From assembly GCA_038087875.1 (NCBI GenBank), contig CM075990.1:2730001-2794000 (forward strand): a stretch of DNA of 64,000 nucleotides, read 5' to 3'. Positions 48,121 to 60,788 of the stretch are shown here, piece by piece. Numbering within the stretch: the stretch's first letter is position 1; each line of letters opens with the position of its first letter. The notes beneath the pieces are model-generated. The model had not been told where the DNA came from. It made no database searches and was given only the letters and a program-made list of their open reading frames with translations. Made by a program: the position numbers and the translations under genes. This stretch comes from Malacoraja senta. Taxonomy: Eukaryota.

Positions 48121-48619
48121 TGGGCCCGATCCTAACTACGGCCGTTACTCTGCTTCCTTTGAGCATTGAGAAAGTCTCTATCCCTGCTTAGATATCACTT
48201 TGTTATGTTGTATAGCAGCCTTTTTGTGGCATCTTTCCAAATGTCTCCCATTAACCTTCAAACTATCCAGAAGTTGTGTCCACAAAAATCTCTTGTGGGA
48301 TTGTCTCATATTTCTCAATTATACGTTATCTCATTATATTATGATCCTCTGTGTGCAGTATTATCCATTATCCATTATTACTTTTATGTATTATATCATC
48401 TATTAATATTGTTTATTTATTTATTTATTTATTTGTGGGTTGCAACAATTTTCCAACAACGGCTGTTGAGGTCTGAAGAAGGGTCTCGACCCAAAACGTT
48501 ACCCATTCCTTCTCTCCAGGGATGCTGCCTGTCCCGCTGAGATACTCCAGCATTTTGTGTCTAACTTTGGTTTAAACCAGCATCTGCAGTTCCTTCCTGC
48601 AGATGTTGAGTTTAGTTTA

Positions 48620-49002
48620 AGGTAGACAAAAGTGCTGGAGAAACTCAGCGGGTGCAGCAGCATCTATGGAACGAAGGAAAATAGGCAACGTTTTGGGCTG
48701 AAACCTTTCTTCAGACTGATGTAGGGTGGAGTGGGAGGGGGGGGGGGAGAAGAAAGGAGAAAGGAAGAGTAGGAGCCAGAGGGCTGAGGGAGAGCTGAGA
48801 AGGGGAGGAGCTAGGCTACCGGAAATTGGAGGTCAATGTTCATGCCCCTAGGGTGCAGACTGCCCAAGCGGAATATGAGGTGCTGCTCCTCCTCTTTCCA
48901 GTGGTGCTCACTCTGGCCATGGGGGAGGCCTAGGACAGAAAGGTCGGATTCGGAATGGGAGGGGGAGTTGAAGTGCTGAGCCACAGGGAGATCGGGTTGG
49001 TT
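48620..49002 (-). mobile_element. PLE 3' fragment
   Basis: Reverse-complement homology to about 41320-41722. Confidence 0.85.
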
Positions 49003-49720
49003 AGTTTAGGTTAGTTTAGAGATACAGCGCGGAATCAGGCCCTTCGGCCCACCAAGTCTACACCAACCTGCACATTAACACTGGGGACAATTTTTACATT
49101 TTTTCATTTACACCAAGACAATTAACCTAGAAACATAGAAAATAGGCGCCATTCGGGCCTTCGAGCCAGCACTGCCATTCAATATGATCATGGCTGATCA
49201 TCCAAAATCAGTACCCGTGCGTTTTTGGCGTGTGGGAGGAAGCTGAAATTCTCAGAGAAAACGCACGTGGCCACGGGGAGAACGTACAAACTCACACGGA
49301 CTGCACCCGTAGACGGGATCGAACCCGGGTCTTTGGCATTGTAAGCGCTATAATGGCCCTGTCCCACGGTACGAGTTCATTCCAAGAGCTCTGCCGAGTT
49401 TTTAAAAAATCAAACTCGTGGTAAGCACGGATAATGAACGTAGCGGGTACGTCGGAGCTCGGGGACGTCTCTTAGCGGCTCATAACGCTAACGGCAGGTA
49501 CTCGGGAAGACTCGCTAATGGCAGGTAAGCACGGGAAGACTCGTGAAGATTTTTCAACATGTTGAAAAATGTCCACGAGAGCCCCGAGTACCGACGAGTG
49601 GCCATTACCATAAATCTCCGAGTTCGAGTCAGGCAAACTCGGGAGAGCTCTTGGAATGAACTCGTACCGTGGGACAGGGCCATAAGGCAGCGACTCTACC
49701 GCTGTGCCACCGTGCCGCCC
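49003..49720 (-). mobile_element. SINE carrying a nested CR1 end (49128-49217) and a MITE
   Basis: The family sequence is restored when the inserts are removed. Confidence 0.82.
49354..49682. mobile_element. PIF/Harbinger-like MITE inserted in a SINE
   Basis: TIRs TGGCCCTGTCCCACGGTACGAGTTCATTCCAAGAGCTCT with TAA duplication at 49351-49353 and 49683-49685. Confidence 0.92.
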
Positions 49721-50623
49721 TTAATTCCCTTGTTTCATCTTCCTGCAGTCTTGACTCACAGAATTAGATTACCTTTCTAACAACATCGGAGACCATTCCA
49801 CACTACCGGACTTTTTGGAAGATAATTGATGGACTATCATGGTGACCCTATCTTTCAGAACTCTATTTTAGAGGATTTTCTGGTGCAGAACATTTGTTGG
49901 CTATTTACGCATTTCATTTCTCCAGGTTTTGATCTTTTCTAAGAGTAATTATGTTAAATCCTTCAATGTCATGAGACCATTGATTCCCATAGCTTCAATA
50001 AAATTAATCTGTCGTCAACGTTGAAGTCAGACTAAAATAATTTTTATTTAATAGCACTGCCATTTATTTATTCTCCAATCCAATTTTCTTGCCATTATTT
50101 CTAAAGGATCTCTCTTCATTCATATGGTTGTCCAAGTTTAGTTTAGTTTAGTTTGGTGTAGTTTAGTTTACCTTAACTTTGCTTAGCTCAGTTTAACTTG
50201 GTTTAGTATAGTTTAGAGATACAACAGGAAAGACCCCACTATGACCATCGAACACCCATTCACACTAGTTCTATGTTATCCCACTTTCTCATCTACTCCC
50301 AACACACTAGGGGCAATTTAATTAATCTTAAGAGGTGAATTAACCTGCAAACCCACATGTCTTTGATGTGTGGAAGGAAACCGGATCACCCATAGGAAAC
50401 CCACTGTGTTCAGAGGGAGACCTTGCAAACTCCACACAGACAGCTCCCAAGGTCAGGATCGAACCTGGGTCTCTGGCGCAGTGATGCAGATTATTACAAC
50501 TATTTTTTGTACACAATACTATTCACATTGCTATCTTTTCTTTCAAATATGTTTTTGTTCTTGTTTGTGGATTTAACTCTCTCCAGATCTCCAGGCTTGC
50601 TATCATTCTTGGAAGTGATCTCA

Positions 50624-51190
50624 AGGGGCTGTCCCACTAGGGAGACCTAATTGGCGAGTTTAAAAGAGTTTGAAAAAATGAAGACCTCTTTCGACTATGT
50701 AGAAGCCCTCCTTTGACCTCCTTCGACTATGTTGAAGACCAGCTTCGACTAGCTACGATTAGCTACGACTAACTTCGGGAAAATTGGACACCGAAAAGTG
50801 GAGAGTGAAGACGACCTCCTTCGATCTCTTTCGACCTCCCTTTGACCTAATATTCGACTATGATGAAGACTATCTATGACTACCTTCGACTACCTTTGAG
50901 TACCATCGATTACCTACGACTGACATGCCGACCTACTACGACTAAACCTACGAGTAAAAAAAGTATAGATTCTTTCCATGGCGACCTTTTTTTACTCGCG
51001 GGCATTTTTTAACAAATTGAAAAAAAACGCCGCGACCTAGCTGAGGCCTCGAGTACGCGGAGACCACTCTCGAGCATGAAGGAGAGTTACGAAGACCTCC
51101 TACGACCTCGTGTCGACCATGCTGCGAGTATGAGTCGAGGGCAAACTCGCCAGAACTCGCGGATTAGGTCGCCCAAGTGGGACAGGCCCT
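50624..51190. mobile_element. PIF/Harbinger-like MITE with internal CGACTA/CGACCT repeats
   Basis: TIRs AGGGGCTGTCCCACT / AGTGGGACAGGCCCT with TCA on both sides (50621-50623, 51191-51193). Confidence 0.85.
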
Positions 51191-51355
51191 TCAGTCGATT
51201 CTTTTCATCTAGTATTATCATAGATACATACAGTGTGGAACCAGGTCCCTCAGTCCAACTTGCCCACGCCAACCAAGATGCCGCATTGCCCACGTTGGGC
51301 TCATATCCCGCTAAACATTTCCTAATCACGCACCTGTCCAAATGTCTTTTAAATG

Positions 51356-51702
51356 GGGCGGCACGGAGGTGCAGCGGTAGAGTTGCTGCCCTACTGCGAT
51401 GGCAGCGCCAGAGACCCACGTTTGATCCTAACTACGGGTGCTGTCTGTACGGAGTTTGTACGTTCTCCCCGTGACCACGTGGATTTTCTCCGAGATCTTC
51501 GGTTTCCTCCCACACTCCAAAGACGTACGGATTTGTAGGTTAATTAGCTTGGTAAATTGTAAATTGGTAAATTGTCCCTAGTGTGTGTAGGATAGTGTTA
51601 GTGTGTGGGGATTTCTGGTTGGTGCGCACTCGGTGGGCTGAAGGGCCTGTTTCCGTACTGTACCTCTAAACTAAATTAAACTAAACTAAACTAAACTAAA
51701 CT
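51356..51702 (+). mobile_element. SINE nested in a minus-strand CR1 (about 51218-52130)
   Basis: Family match. CR1 sequence AAATGTCTTTTAA...TAATGTTGTTATA flanks it. Confidence 0.85.
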
Positions 51703-52154
51703 TAATGTTGTTATAATACCAGCCTCAACAACAACCTCTGGCAGCTCATCCATATATCCACCGCTCTCTGTGGCAGGAGATTGTCCTTCAGGTTCCTATT
51801 AAATCTTTCCCCTCTCACCTTAAACCTATGTCTCCTGGTTCTTGATTCCCCTTCCCTGGGAAAAAATACTCTGTTCCTTCTTTCCTTCACTCCATAGATG
51901 CTGCCCCACCCGCTGAGTTTCTCCAGCAGTTTTTGTCTACGATTTTTTGTCTACAATACTTTAGATTTTTTCAGCATCTGCAGTTCTTTCTTAAACACGC
52001 TCATGGTCTTATACTCCTCGATAAGGTCACAGCTCATCCTCCTGCGCTCCAAGGAATAAAGTCTGAGCCTGTTTCACTTCTCCCGATATCTCAGGCCTCT
52101 AAGTCTTGGCAACACCCTTGTAAATCTGTGCCCTTAGCCACACATTCCCTGCAG

Positions 52155-52765
52155 TAGGAGGTCCTTCTGCAGTTGTACAGGGCCCAGGTGAGACCACACC
52201 TGGAGTATTGTGTGCAGTTTTGGTCTCCTAATTTGAGGAAGGACATTCTTGCTATTGAGGAGTGCAGCGTAGGTTCACCAGGTTAATTCCTGGGATGGCG
52301 GGACTGACATTTGATGAAAGAATGGATCGACTGGGCTTATATTCACTGGAATTTAGAAAGATGAGAGGGGATCTTAGAGAAACATATAACATTCTTAAAG
52401 GATTGGACAGGTTAGATGCAGAAAAAATGTACCGATGTTGGTGGAGTCCAGAACCAGGGGACACGGTTTAAGAATAAGGGGTAGGCCATTGATAATAAAG
52501 GGCAGGCCATTGAGATGAGGAAAAACCTTTTCACCCAGAGAGTTGTGAATCTATGGAATTCTCTGCCACAGAAGGCAGTGGAGGCCAATTCACTGGATGT
52601 ATTCAAGAGAGAGTTAGATATAGCTCTTAGGGCTAACGGAATCAAGGGATATTGGGAGAAAGCTGGAACGAGGTACTGATTTTGGATGATCACATTGATT
52701 GGTGGTGCTGGCTCGAAGGGCCGAATGGCCTACTCCTGCACCTATTTTCTATGTTTCTATGTTTC
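52155..52765 (+). mobile_element. CR1 3' fragment
   Basis: [13 protein letters not shown]...RRFTRLIPG homology with a (CTATGTTT)n tail. Confidence 0.9.
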
Positions 52766-53069
52766 TAAATGGGACTAGCTCTGATGAGGCATCTTGGTTT
52801 GCAGGGATGAGATGGGCCGAAGGGCCTGTATTCATGCAATATAGTACAATGACTGAAAAAGGAGATGCATTGACCCAGAAACTAATTGACATTATTGTAG
52901 AAAACAGAATTTATCAAAATTACATTATTTCTAGTGCAGTGGTTTCTGGAATATTTTTATATTTAACTGTCAAGCTTGAGGGAATAGCAATTTTTAAGAA
53001 AATATTTTCAGAAACAATGGTAAGAAATTGTTGGCTATGATTGAAGAAACAATATTATACGATTCTTTA

Positions 53070-53255
53070 TATAGGCACAACATGCTGGAGTTACTCAACG
53101 GACCAGGCAGCATCCCCGGAGAAAATGGACAGGTGAAGTTTCGGGTCGGGACCCTTCATCTCAACTATCCATTTTCTTCAGAGATGTTGCCTGACCTGCT
53201 GAGTTACTCCAGCATTTTGGGTCTATCTGTGGTATAAACCAGCATCTGTGGTTCC
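53070..53255. mobile_element. Fold-back PLE-terminus element
   Basis: Inverted arms GCTGGAGTTACTCA / CTGAGTTACTCCAGC. Confidence 0.7.
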
Positions 53256-53431
53256 TTTTTATTATATTATATGATTGTTCCATCTTCCCCAACCATAGTC
53301 ACAACGTCAACTCCAGTCCAGGAGGGAATAAAATGAGTTTGGTGTGGGATAAGCTGAAGGATGGTGTGGACATGGTGGGATGAGAGGCCTGTTTCCATGC
53401 CGTGCCTCAATGAAACAGCTCCAACAATCAT

Positions 53432-53883
53432 ATGCTGTCATATGCTGAGAGAATGGAGCGGCTGGGCTTGTACACTCTGGAGTTTAGAAGGATGAGAGGG
53501 AATCTTATTGAAACATATCAGATTATTAAGGGTTTGGACACACTAGAGGCAGGAAACATGTTCCCGATGTTGGGGGAGTCCAGAACCAGGGGCCACAGTT
53601 TAAGAATAAGGAGTAAGCCATTTAGAACGGAGACGAGGATACACTTTTTCTCACAGAGAGTTGTGAGTCTTGTGGAATTCTCTGCCTCAGAGGGCGGTGG
53701 AGGCAGGTTCTCTGGATGCTTTCAAGAGAGAGCTAGAAAGGGCTCTTAAAGATAGCGGAGTCAGGGGATATGGGGAGGAAGCAGGAACGGGGTACTGATT
53801 GTGGATGATCAGCCATGATCACATTGAATGGCGGTGCTGGCTCGAAGGGCCTACTCCTGCACCTATTGTCTATTGTCTATTGT
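53432..53883 (+). mobile_element. CR1 3' fragment (same subfamily as 4476-5108)
   Basis: ORF 53432-53749 with a (CTATTGT)n tail. Confidence 0.9.
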
Positions 53884-54164
53884 AGTGAGACACCATCAGC
53901 ACAATGTAGCTATGTTGCGTCAGATTCAAGCTTCAGATCTGGAATGATTCGAGATCCCATTTCATTTCACCCCTGCCATCAGGAGAACTGTAAGGTCCAG
54001 GTTCAGGAGCAGCTTCTTCCCTACAGCCATCAGGCTATGAAACAAGACAACCTCAAAATAGACTTTGAACTATGTAGACGGGGACATTATTTTTGACTGC
54101 ACTACTATTGTTTGTATATTTGTCTGTGTTTGTCTGCGAGGTGTGTGTGTGTGTGTGTATGTAT

Positions 54165-54330
54165 AGAAAGGAACTGCAGATGCCAAAGAATGCTGGAGTA
54201 ACTCAGCGGGTCAGACAACATCTCTGGAGAAAAGGAATAGGTGATGTTGAGGGTTCCAACCTGAAACATCACCTATTCTTTTTCTCCGGAGATGCTGTCT
54301 GACCCGCTGAGTTACTTCAGCATTTTGTGT
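54165..54330. mobile_element. Fold-back PLE-terminus element
   Basis: Near-perfect arms GAGTAACTCAGCGGGTCAGAC...AAGGAATAGGTGATGTT / AACATCACCTATTCTT...GTCTGACCCGCTGAGTTAC. Confidence 0.8.
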
Positions 54331-54366
54331 AAAAAAGTATATGTATATATATATATACTTAAATTT

Positions 54367-55152
54367 AGAAACATAGAAACATAGAAACATAGAAACATAG
54401 ACAATAGGTGCAGGAGTAGGCCAATCGGCCATTTGAGCCTGCACCGCCATTCAATACGATCATGGCTGATCATCCAACTCAGTATCCCATCCCTGCCTTC
54501 TCTCCATACCCCCTGATCCCTTTAGCCACAAGGGCCACATCTAACTCCCTCTTAAATATAGCCAATGAACTGGCCTCAACTACCTTCTGTGGCAGAGAAT
54601 TCCACAGATTCACCACTCTCTGTGTGAAAAATGTTTTTCTCATCTCGATCCTAATAGACTTCCCCCTTATCCTTAAATTGTGACCCCTTATTCTGGACTT
54701 CCCCAACACCGGGAACAATCTTCCTGCATCTAGCCTGTCCAACCCCTTAAGAATTTTGTAAGTTTCTATAAAATCCCCCCTCAATCTTCTAAATTCTAGC
54801 GAGTACAAGCCGAGTCTATCCAGTCTTTCTTCACATGAAAGTCCTGCCATCCCAGGAATCAGTCTGGTGAACCTTCTCTGTACTCCCTCTATGGCAAGAA
54901 TGTCCTTCCTCAGATTAGGAGACCAAAACTGTACGCAATACTCCAGGTGTGGTCTCACCAAGACCCTGTACAACTGCAGTAGAACCGACCTGCTCCTATA
55001 CTCAAATCCTTTTGCTATGAATGCTAACATACCATTCACTTTCTTCACTGCCTGCTGCACCTGCATGCCTACTTTCAATGACTGGTGTACCATGACACCC
55101 AGGTCTCGTTGCATCTCCCCTTTTCCTAATCGGCCACCATTCAGATAATAGT
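54367..55152 (-). mobile_element. CR1 LINE 3' fragment (same subfamily as 23341-25034)
   Basis: ORF2 C-terminus in ORF 54479-55258, with a (CTATGTTT)n tail. Confidence 0.93.
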
Positions 55153-55284
55153 CAGATAATAGTCTCGATAAATTTATCTCGTTATAGTGTGTTTTACAGA
55201 GTACTATGTTTACATATCTGCTGTGCCACTGCAAGTAAGAAATTAATTGTTCTATCATCGGGACATATGATAATAAAACACAGT

Positions 55285-55580
55285 TGCGCAGCGGGTAGAA
55301 TTGCTGCCTAACAGCGCCAGAGATCTGGGTTCAATCCTGACTACAGGTGCTGTCTGTACGGTGTTTGTACGTTCACCGTGTGACAGCGTGGGTTTTCTCC
55401 TGGTGCTCCGGTTTCCTCCCACATTCCAAAGACGTACAGGTTTTGTAGGCTTCAGTAAAATTGGAATTTGTCCCTGGTGTGTGTGGGATAGAACTCGTCT
55501 CAGGGGTGATTGTTGGTCATCGTGGACTCGGTGGGCCGAAGGGCCTGTTTCCATGCTCTATCCCCAAAGTCTACAGTAAA
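55285..55580 (+). mobile_element. SINE
   Basis: Family match. Confidence 0.8.
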
Positions 55581-55947
55581 GAGAAGTCTAAAACGTTCTT
55601 GATTTCTTGAGGCCAGAAATTGTCTCTGTATCAACGTGACCAATTTCTCTGTTGGGCATTCCAAAATATGATGTGATATTCAGGTTTAATTAATAACAAA
55701 AATCTATTTTCTCTCTGTTTGTTTCTTGGGGGCATTCCAGGACCCATGACAACCTGATCATTCATGTCCTCTAATATTAATAATAGTTATGTTAGAATGC
55801 TGAGTCAGTATTCACCATTGCATTGTTGGCTGCAACATCCAGTTCTGCTAATGTACTGTAACAATGTCCGGAATAACGTCCTCCCTCCCAAAGCTCAAAA
55901 TTTAAGTTATTTGACTCTTCGTCAGATTTGATTCATTTTTCATCAAG

Positions 55948-56530
55948 GGCGGCACGCTGGCACTGCGGTAGAGATACTGCCTCACAGCACCAGTGACCCG
56001 GGTTCAATCCTGACTACGGTTGCTTGTCTGTACGGAGTTTGTATGTTCTCCCCGTGACCTGGGTGGATTTTCTCCGAGATCTTCGGTTTCTCCCACAATC
56101 CAAAGACTTAAAGCCCTGTCCCACGGTGCGAGTTTATTCCAAGAGCTCTCCCGAGTTTTTTCAAAATCAAACTCGTGGTAAGCACGGAGAATGAACGTAG
56201 CGGGTACGTCGGAGCTCGGGGACGTCTCGTAACGCTAACGGCAGGTACTCGGGAAGACTCGCTAACGGCAGGTAAGCACGGGAAGACTCGTGAAGATTTT
56301 TCAACATGTTGAAAAATGTCCACGAGAGCCCCGAGTACCGACGAGTGGCCATTACCGTAAATCTCCGAGTTCGGATCAGGGCAAACTCGGGAGAACTCTT
56401 GGAATGAACTCGTACCGTGGGACAGGGCTGTTACAGGTTTGTGGGTAAAATTGTAAAATTGGCCCTAGTGTGTGTAGGGTCGTGTTAATGTGCAGGGATC
56501 ACTGGTCGGTGTGAATTCCGTGGGCCGTGT
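55948..56530 (+). mobile_element. SINE interrupted by MITE 56111-56430
   Basis: CAAAGAC-TTA-CAGGTTT is restored when the MITE is removed. Confidence 0.85.
56111..56430. mobile_element. PIF/Harbinger-like MITE inserted in a SINE (same family as 49354-49682)
   Basis: Nearly identical to 49354-49682. TTA duplication at 56108-56110 and 56431-56433. Confidence 0.92.
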
Positions 56531-56606
56531 TTGATCTCAGAAGGAACTATCTATCCAATTATCCATTCCTATGCTCTTTCCCCATTGTTCGGTTGATTAA
56601 AAGACA

Positions 56607-57256
56607 CAGGCCCTTCGGCCCACTGAGTGCATGCCGACCATCGATCGCCCACTCACACTAGTTCTATGTTATTCCACTTTTGCATTGGCTCCCTACACAC
56701 TAGGGGCACTTTAATGGGTTAATTAACCTACAAACCCACACAGCTTATGATGTGGGAAGAAACCGGATCACCTGGAGGAAACTCATACGGTCACAAGGAG
56801 AACGTGCAAACTCCGCACGGACAGCACCTGAGGTCAGGATCATACCCAGAACTCTGGCGCTGTGAGGCAATAGCTTTTTAGTTTAGTTTAGTTTAGTGAT
56901 ACAGCGCCTAAACAGGCCCTTTGGCCCACCGAGTCCGCGCCGACCAGCGATCCCCACACACTAACACTATGCTACACACTAGGGATAATTTACAATTTTA
57001 CTCTCTGCGCTAAATTTAATTTATCATTATTACTCTCACACATTTTATGTGTGTAGGAAGGAACTGCAGATGCTGCTTTACAATTTTACTGAAGCCAATT
57101 AACCCACAAACCTGCACGTCTCTGAAGTGTAGGCGGAAACCAGAGCACCCGGAGAAAACCCACGTGGTCACGGGGAGATCATACAGACATAACTAGTTGT
57201 CAGAAAAACCGAGGTCTCTGGCGCTGTAAGGCAACAACTCTACCGCTGCTCCACCA
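56607..57256 (-). mobile_element. Two adjacent SINE copies
   Basis: 56607-56870 (variant) and 56876-57256. Confidence 0.8.
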
Positions 57257-57929
57257 TGACATCATTGCATAGCTCACAATCCCATTCAAGCATTTGTGCT
57301 GTCTTCCATTGAAATGTGTTATTCAATTGGATTCCAGATAGCTCACTGCCATCTTAAATGACTATATTATATTATATTTTTATATTTTTATATTTAATTC
57401 TTTATTTCGAACAGAATAAAAGAATAAAAAGCAAGTGTGGAACAGCATACAAAAAACCCAAAACAAGAATATTTATAAAGTGTCATGAACAATATCTATA
57501 AATAAATGAAATCGTATGTGTCCGAAAAGGAGCAGGAAGAAGCCAAAGCTTATTAATTCCCACCCCTTATTCAACTGCTTATAATTATCTGATACAAATT
57601 TAGCAGCTATATGTACACCATATGTACACCAGCAGCTATATGTACACCAAATTATTTACATTTATACACTCATCAAATATTTACAAAGCCATACAAAAAA
57701 GGAGAGATAAAAAGGAAAAAGAAAAGAAAAAACCCTCATATACTGTACAGTATCTCTTAGTCATATATACAACCCATCACCCCCTGTGGGTGCTGGATGA
57801 AACTACGGGTGCTGTATGTATGGAATTTGTATGTTCTCCCTGTGACCACGTGGGTTTACTATGGGTGCTCCGGTTTCTTCTCACATCCCAAAGATTGTGG
57901 GCAGGTTTGTAGGTTAATTGGCTTTTTTT

Positions 57930-58245
57930 TGTGATGGGGGCAGAATTAGGCCATTCGGCCCATCAGGTCTACTCCACCATTCACTCATTGCTGATCTATC
58001 TTTCCCCTCTCAACCCCATTACTCCTGACACCCAAACTAATCAAGAATCTATCTATCTCTGCCTTAAAAATATCCATTGGCTGCCTCCACAGCCTTGTGT
58101 GGCAATGAATTCCACAGATTCATCACCCTCTGACCAAAGAGGTTCCTGCTCATGTGCCTTCCTTAAGGAACGTTCTTTAATTCCGAGGCTATGACCTCTG
58201 GTCCTAGACTCTCCCACCAGTGGAAACATCCTCTCCACATCCATC
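57930..58245 (-). mobile_element. CR1 3' fragment nested in a SINE (57800-58355)
   Basis: DVERMFPLVGESRTRGH homology. The SINE resumes at about 58247. Confidence 0.85.
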
Positions 58246-58760
58246 TTTAAATTGTCCCCATTGCGCAGGATAGTGCTAGTGTATGGGGTGGTCACTGGTC
58301 AGCGTGGACTCGGTGGGCCGAAGGGCCTGTTTCCTCACTGTATCTCTAAACTAAACCTCACTAAGCTAACCACTCGGGTTTTCAGCTTTCGTTCTTACAA
58401 GCACAAAATGTTGACAGCAATTTAGGATATACTGGTTAGTTTGATTTGTCAAATGAGTTTGTTTAGCTGTCTTCAAGACCCTAACATCCTGACCTGTCCG
58501 ACACTATTCCAATGCCTCGACTGCACATGCATTGACTGCCATGGTTGTAGGCAGCTGTGGGAAACATGCATTCTAGTCCTTTGAAACAATGGAGCCTAAT
58601 TAATGGTTTAATGATTTGTGCTTGCACGAAGTAAAGATGAAAACTAGAATTGCTCTTCCATTAGCTGCTTAGTGTCCAGTTTGAAGGACGATTATTTTTC
58701 GATCCTCCTGCATCCGATCCTAATGATCATAAAACTGGATGCAAGCATATCAGTGGATCA

Positions 58761-59002
58761 GTGGCACAGCGGGGGTAGAGCTGCTGCCTCACGGCGACAA
58801 AGACCCGGGTTCGATCCTGGCCTTGGGCGCTGTGTGTGTGTGTGGAGTTTGCACGTTCTCCCTGTGACTGTGTGGGTTTCCTCCGGGTGCTCCAGTTTCC
58901 TCCCACAACCCCAAGATGCGCAGGTTTGTAGGTTAAGTGGCCTCTGTATCGCTGGTCGGTGCAGACTCGTTGGGCCGAATGGCCTGTATCTAAACTGAAC
59001 TA
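58761..59002 (+). mobile_element. SINE (internally deleted)
   Basis: A/B boxes, core and tail. Confidence 0.8.
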
Positions 59003-59149
59003 AATAACGAATGAATGATATGCAAAAAAAGTAAAGATGATAAAGGAAACAGGCCACTGTTAGACTGATGTTGCTACCGTCTCCCACAACCCCCCTTCCC
59101 CCCTCCAACCTAGTGGCTTCCTCCCTCCCCCTCTTGTCCACAACACAAT

Positions 59150-59620
59150 GCGCTCACAAAGAATTCATGTCAGGGAATAGTCAATTACCGATACTGACGT
59201 TGGTGAATTAATGGAAATACTCGTCAGCTGTAGAAATGAACCAGAGCATTAATTGTGCTTCAGCCTGACTAAGGCCGTGCTAATGATGGAGTCTGCTGAG
59301 CAGATCATGACCAGACCTGCCGAGAACACGGGTGTCAACCTTGTTGTTCGGCGGTGTAAAATTAAATTAATAAATCCCAACCACATGGAAACATAACATG
59401 AAATTAATGGCCTTTAGTGCCAGATCTGATGCAGTCATTTGTAGCCTGGCTTTCCGCACCAAGGACTTCAGAAATGTGAGTTCCGCAAAACACGGCTGCA
59501 TGTTGTACAATGTAATTTTTTTTTCTCTCTTGCTTGTGTGTGTGTTCCCTCAGAGTTAACACAGGCGATCCTACTTGTAAATTGAGATGTAAACCTGTAT
59601 CACAAGCAAGGGACATGGGG
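59150..59620. promoter_or_regulatory. Candidate conserved non-coding element / intronic enhancer
   Basis: Repeat-free island with repeated TTAATGG/ATTAAT motifs. Conservation not verified. Confidence 0.4.
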
Positions 59621-59809
59621 CAATCAGTGTTTGAGCTGGTTTTGAACAGGGTTAGGGTGCAAGGCCTGCAGAGTGTGGCACAGTGCCGCAGGGGTAGAGT
59701 TGCTACCTCATATAGACACAAAGCGCTGGAGTGACTCAGCGGGACAGGCAGCATCTCTGGAGAGAGGGAATGGGTGAAGTTTTGGATCGAACTCACCCAG
59801 AGAGTTCTG

Positions 59810-59993
59810 AAGGTCAACAAAATTGCTGGAGAAACTCAGCGGGTGCGGCAGCATCTATGGAGCGAAGGAATAGGCAACGATTCGGGCCGAAACCGTTCTT
59901 CAGACAGAAGGGTTTCGGCCCGAAACGTTGCCTATTTCCTTCGCTCCATAGATGCTGCTGCACCCGCTGAGTTTCTCCATCAATTTTGTCTAC
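59810..59993. mobile_element. Fold-back PLE-terminus element (Neptune subfamily sequence)
   Basis: Palindrome of about 180 bp centred on CTTCAGACAGAAG. Each arm matches 41630-41720. Confidence 0.85.
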
Positions 59994-60074
59994 CAGAGAG
60001 TTGTGAATCTATGGAATTCTCTGCCACGGAAGCCAGTGGAGGCCAATTCACTGAATGTTTTCAAGAGAGAGTTA

Positions 60075-60657
60075 AAGGCCTGTCTCACGAGTCTGCGGTC
60101 ATTGGCGGCGAAACGGGAAGAATCTGCCGCCATAGACCGCGCACTCGTGAGAACGCACAATTCCGGGGCCGTGCGGCGGTGTTCCCAACACCGCACGATG
60201 CTAAAATAAAACCTACACTGTTGAAAAATATTTTCCTACCGCACAGCCTCCACCAGTGATGCACGAGTGCGGCACGGCCGCCCGCACGGGCCGCCGCCAG
60301 TGTGGCTCGAGCACCGTGCGTCAAACTTGCACCGTCACAGCCTCCGCCAGTGAGGCACGTGTGCGGCACGGCCGCAGGCACAGCCACCGCTACAGCGCCG
60401 CGATCAGGACGGCCGCCGCCACAGCCGCCGCTTGTGAGTCACCTGCGGCGGGCCGATGTCATCGCAGTCGGACCGCCCTTTTTTTTACTTACCGCAAGCA
60501 CGTGGGACGAGTCGTATTTGAATCACTCGGCCCCCGCGCAGCATCCGTGTGGCGCTCCCGTGGATAGGCTCGGCGCTCTCGCCGTTGCCGTGCGGTCCAC
60601 TCTACAGGCGAAGCCGCGCTTCACCGCCGATGACCGCAAACACGTAAGACAGAGCCT
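60075..60657. mobile_element. PIF/Harbinger-like MITE inserted in a CR1 fragment
   Basis: Imperfect TIRs AAGGCCTGTCTCACGAGTCTGCGGTCATTGGCGG / CCGCCGATGACCGCAAACACGTAAGACAGAGCCT. The TTA duplication splits the CR1 sequence GAGAGAG-TTA-GATTTAGCTC. Confidence 0.88.
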
Positions 60658-60788
60658 TTAGATTTAGCTCTGAGGGCTTACGGAATCAAGGGATATGGGG
60701 AGAAAGCAGGAACAGGGTACAGAATCTGGCTCGAAGGGCAGAATGGCCTTCTCCTGCACCTATTTTCTATGTTTCTATGCTTCTATGA

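Noticed and set aside
57357..57790. AT-rich segment that might be a minus-strand LINE 3' end, with a small internal duplication at 57602-57649
   Set aside because: It is plausible, but I cannot identify coding homology or a TSD, so it is not listed as a feature.
59275..59300. Possible Pax octapeptide exon (TAATGATGGAGT)
   Set aside because: The minus-strand translation does not give YSI(S/N)GILG and no suitable splice context is evident. I found no other Pax exon in the window.
60075..60657. CpG island or promoter and GC-rich ORFs (also 2196-2783 and 13313-13891)
   Set aside because: The CpG-rich segments fall within TIR/TSD-bounded transposons, and the ORFs show no recognisable domains.
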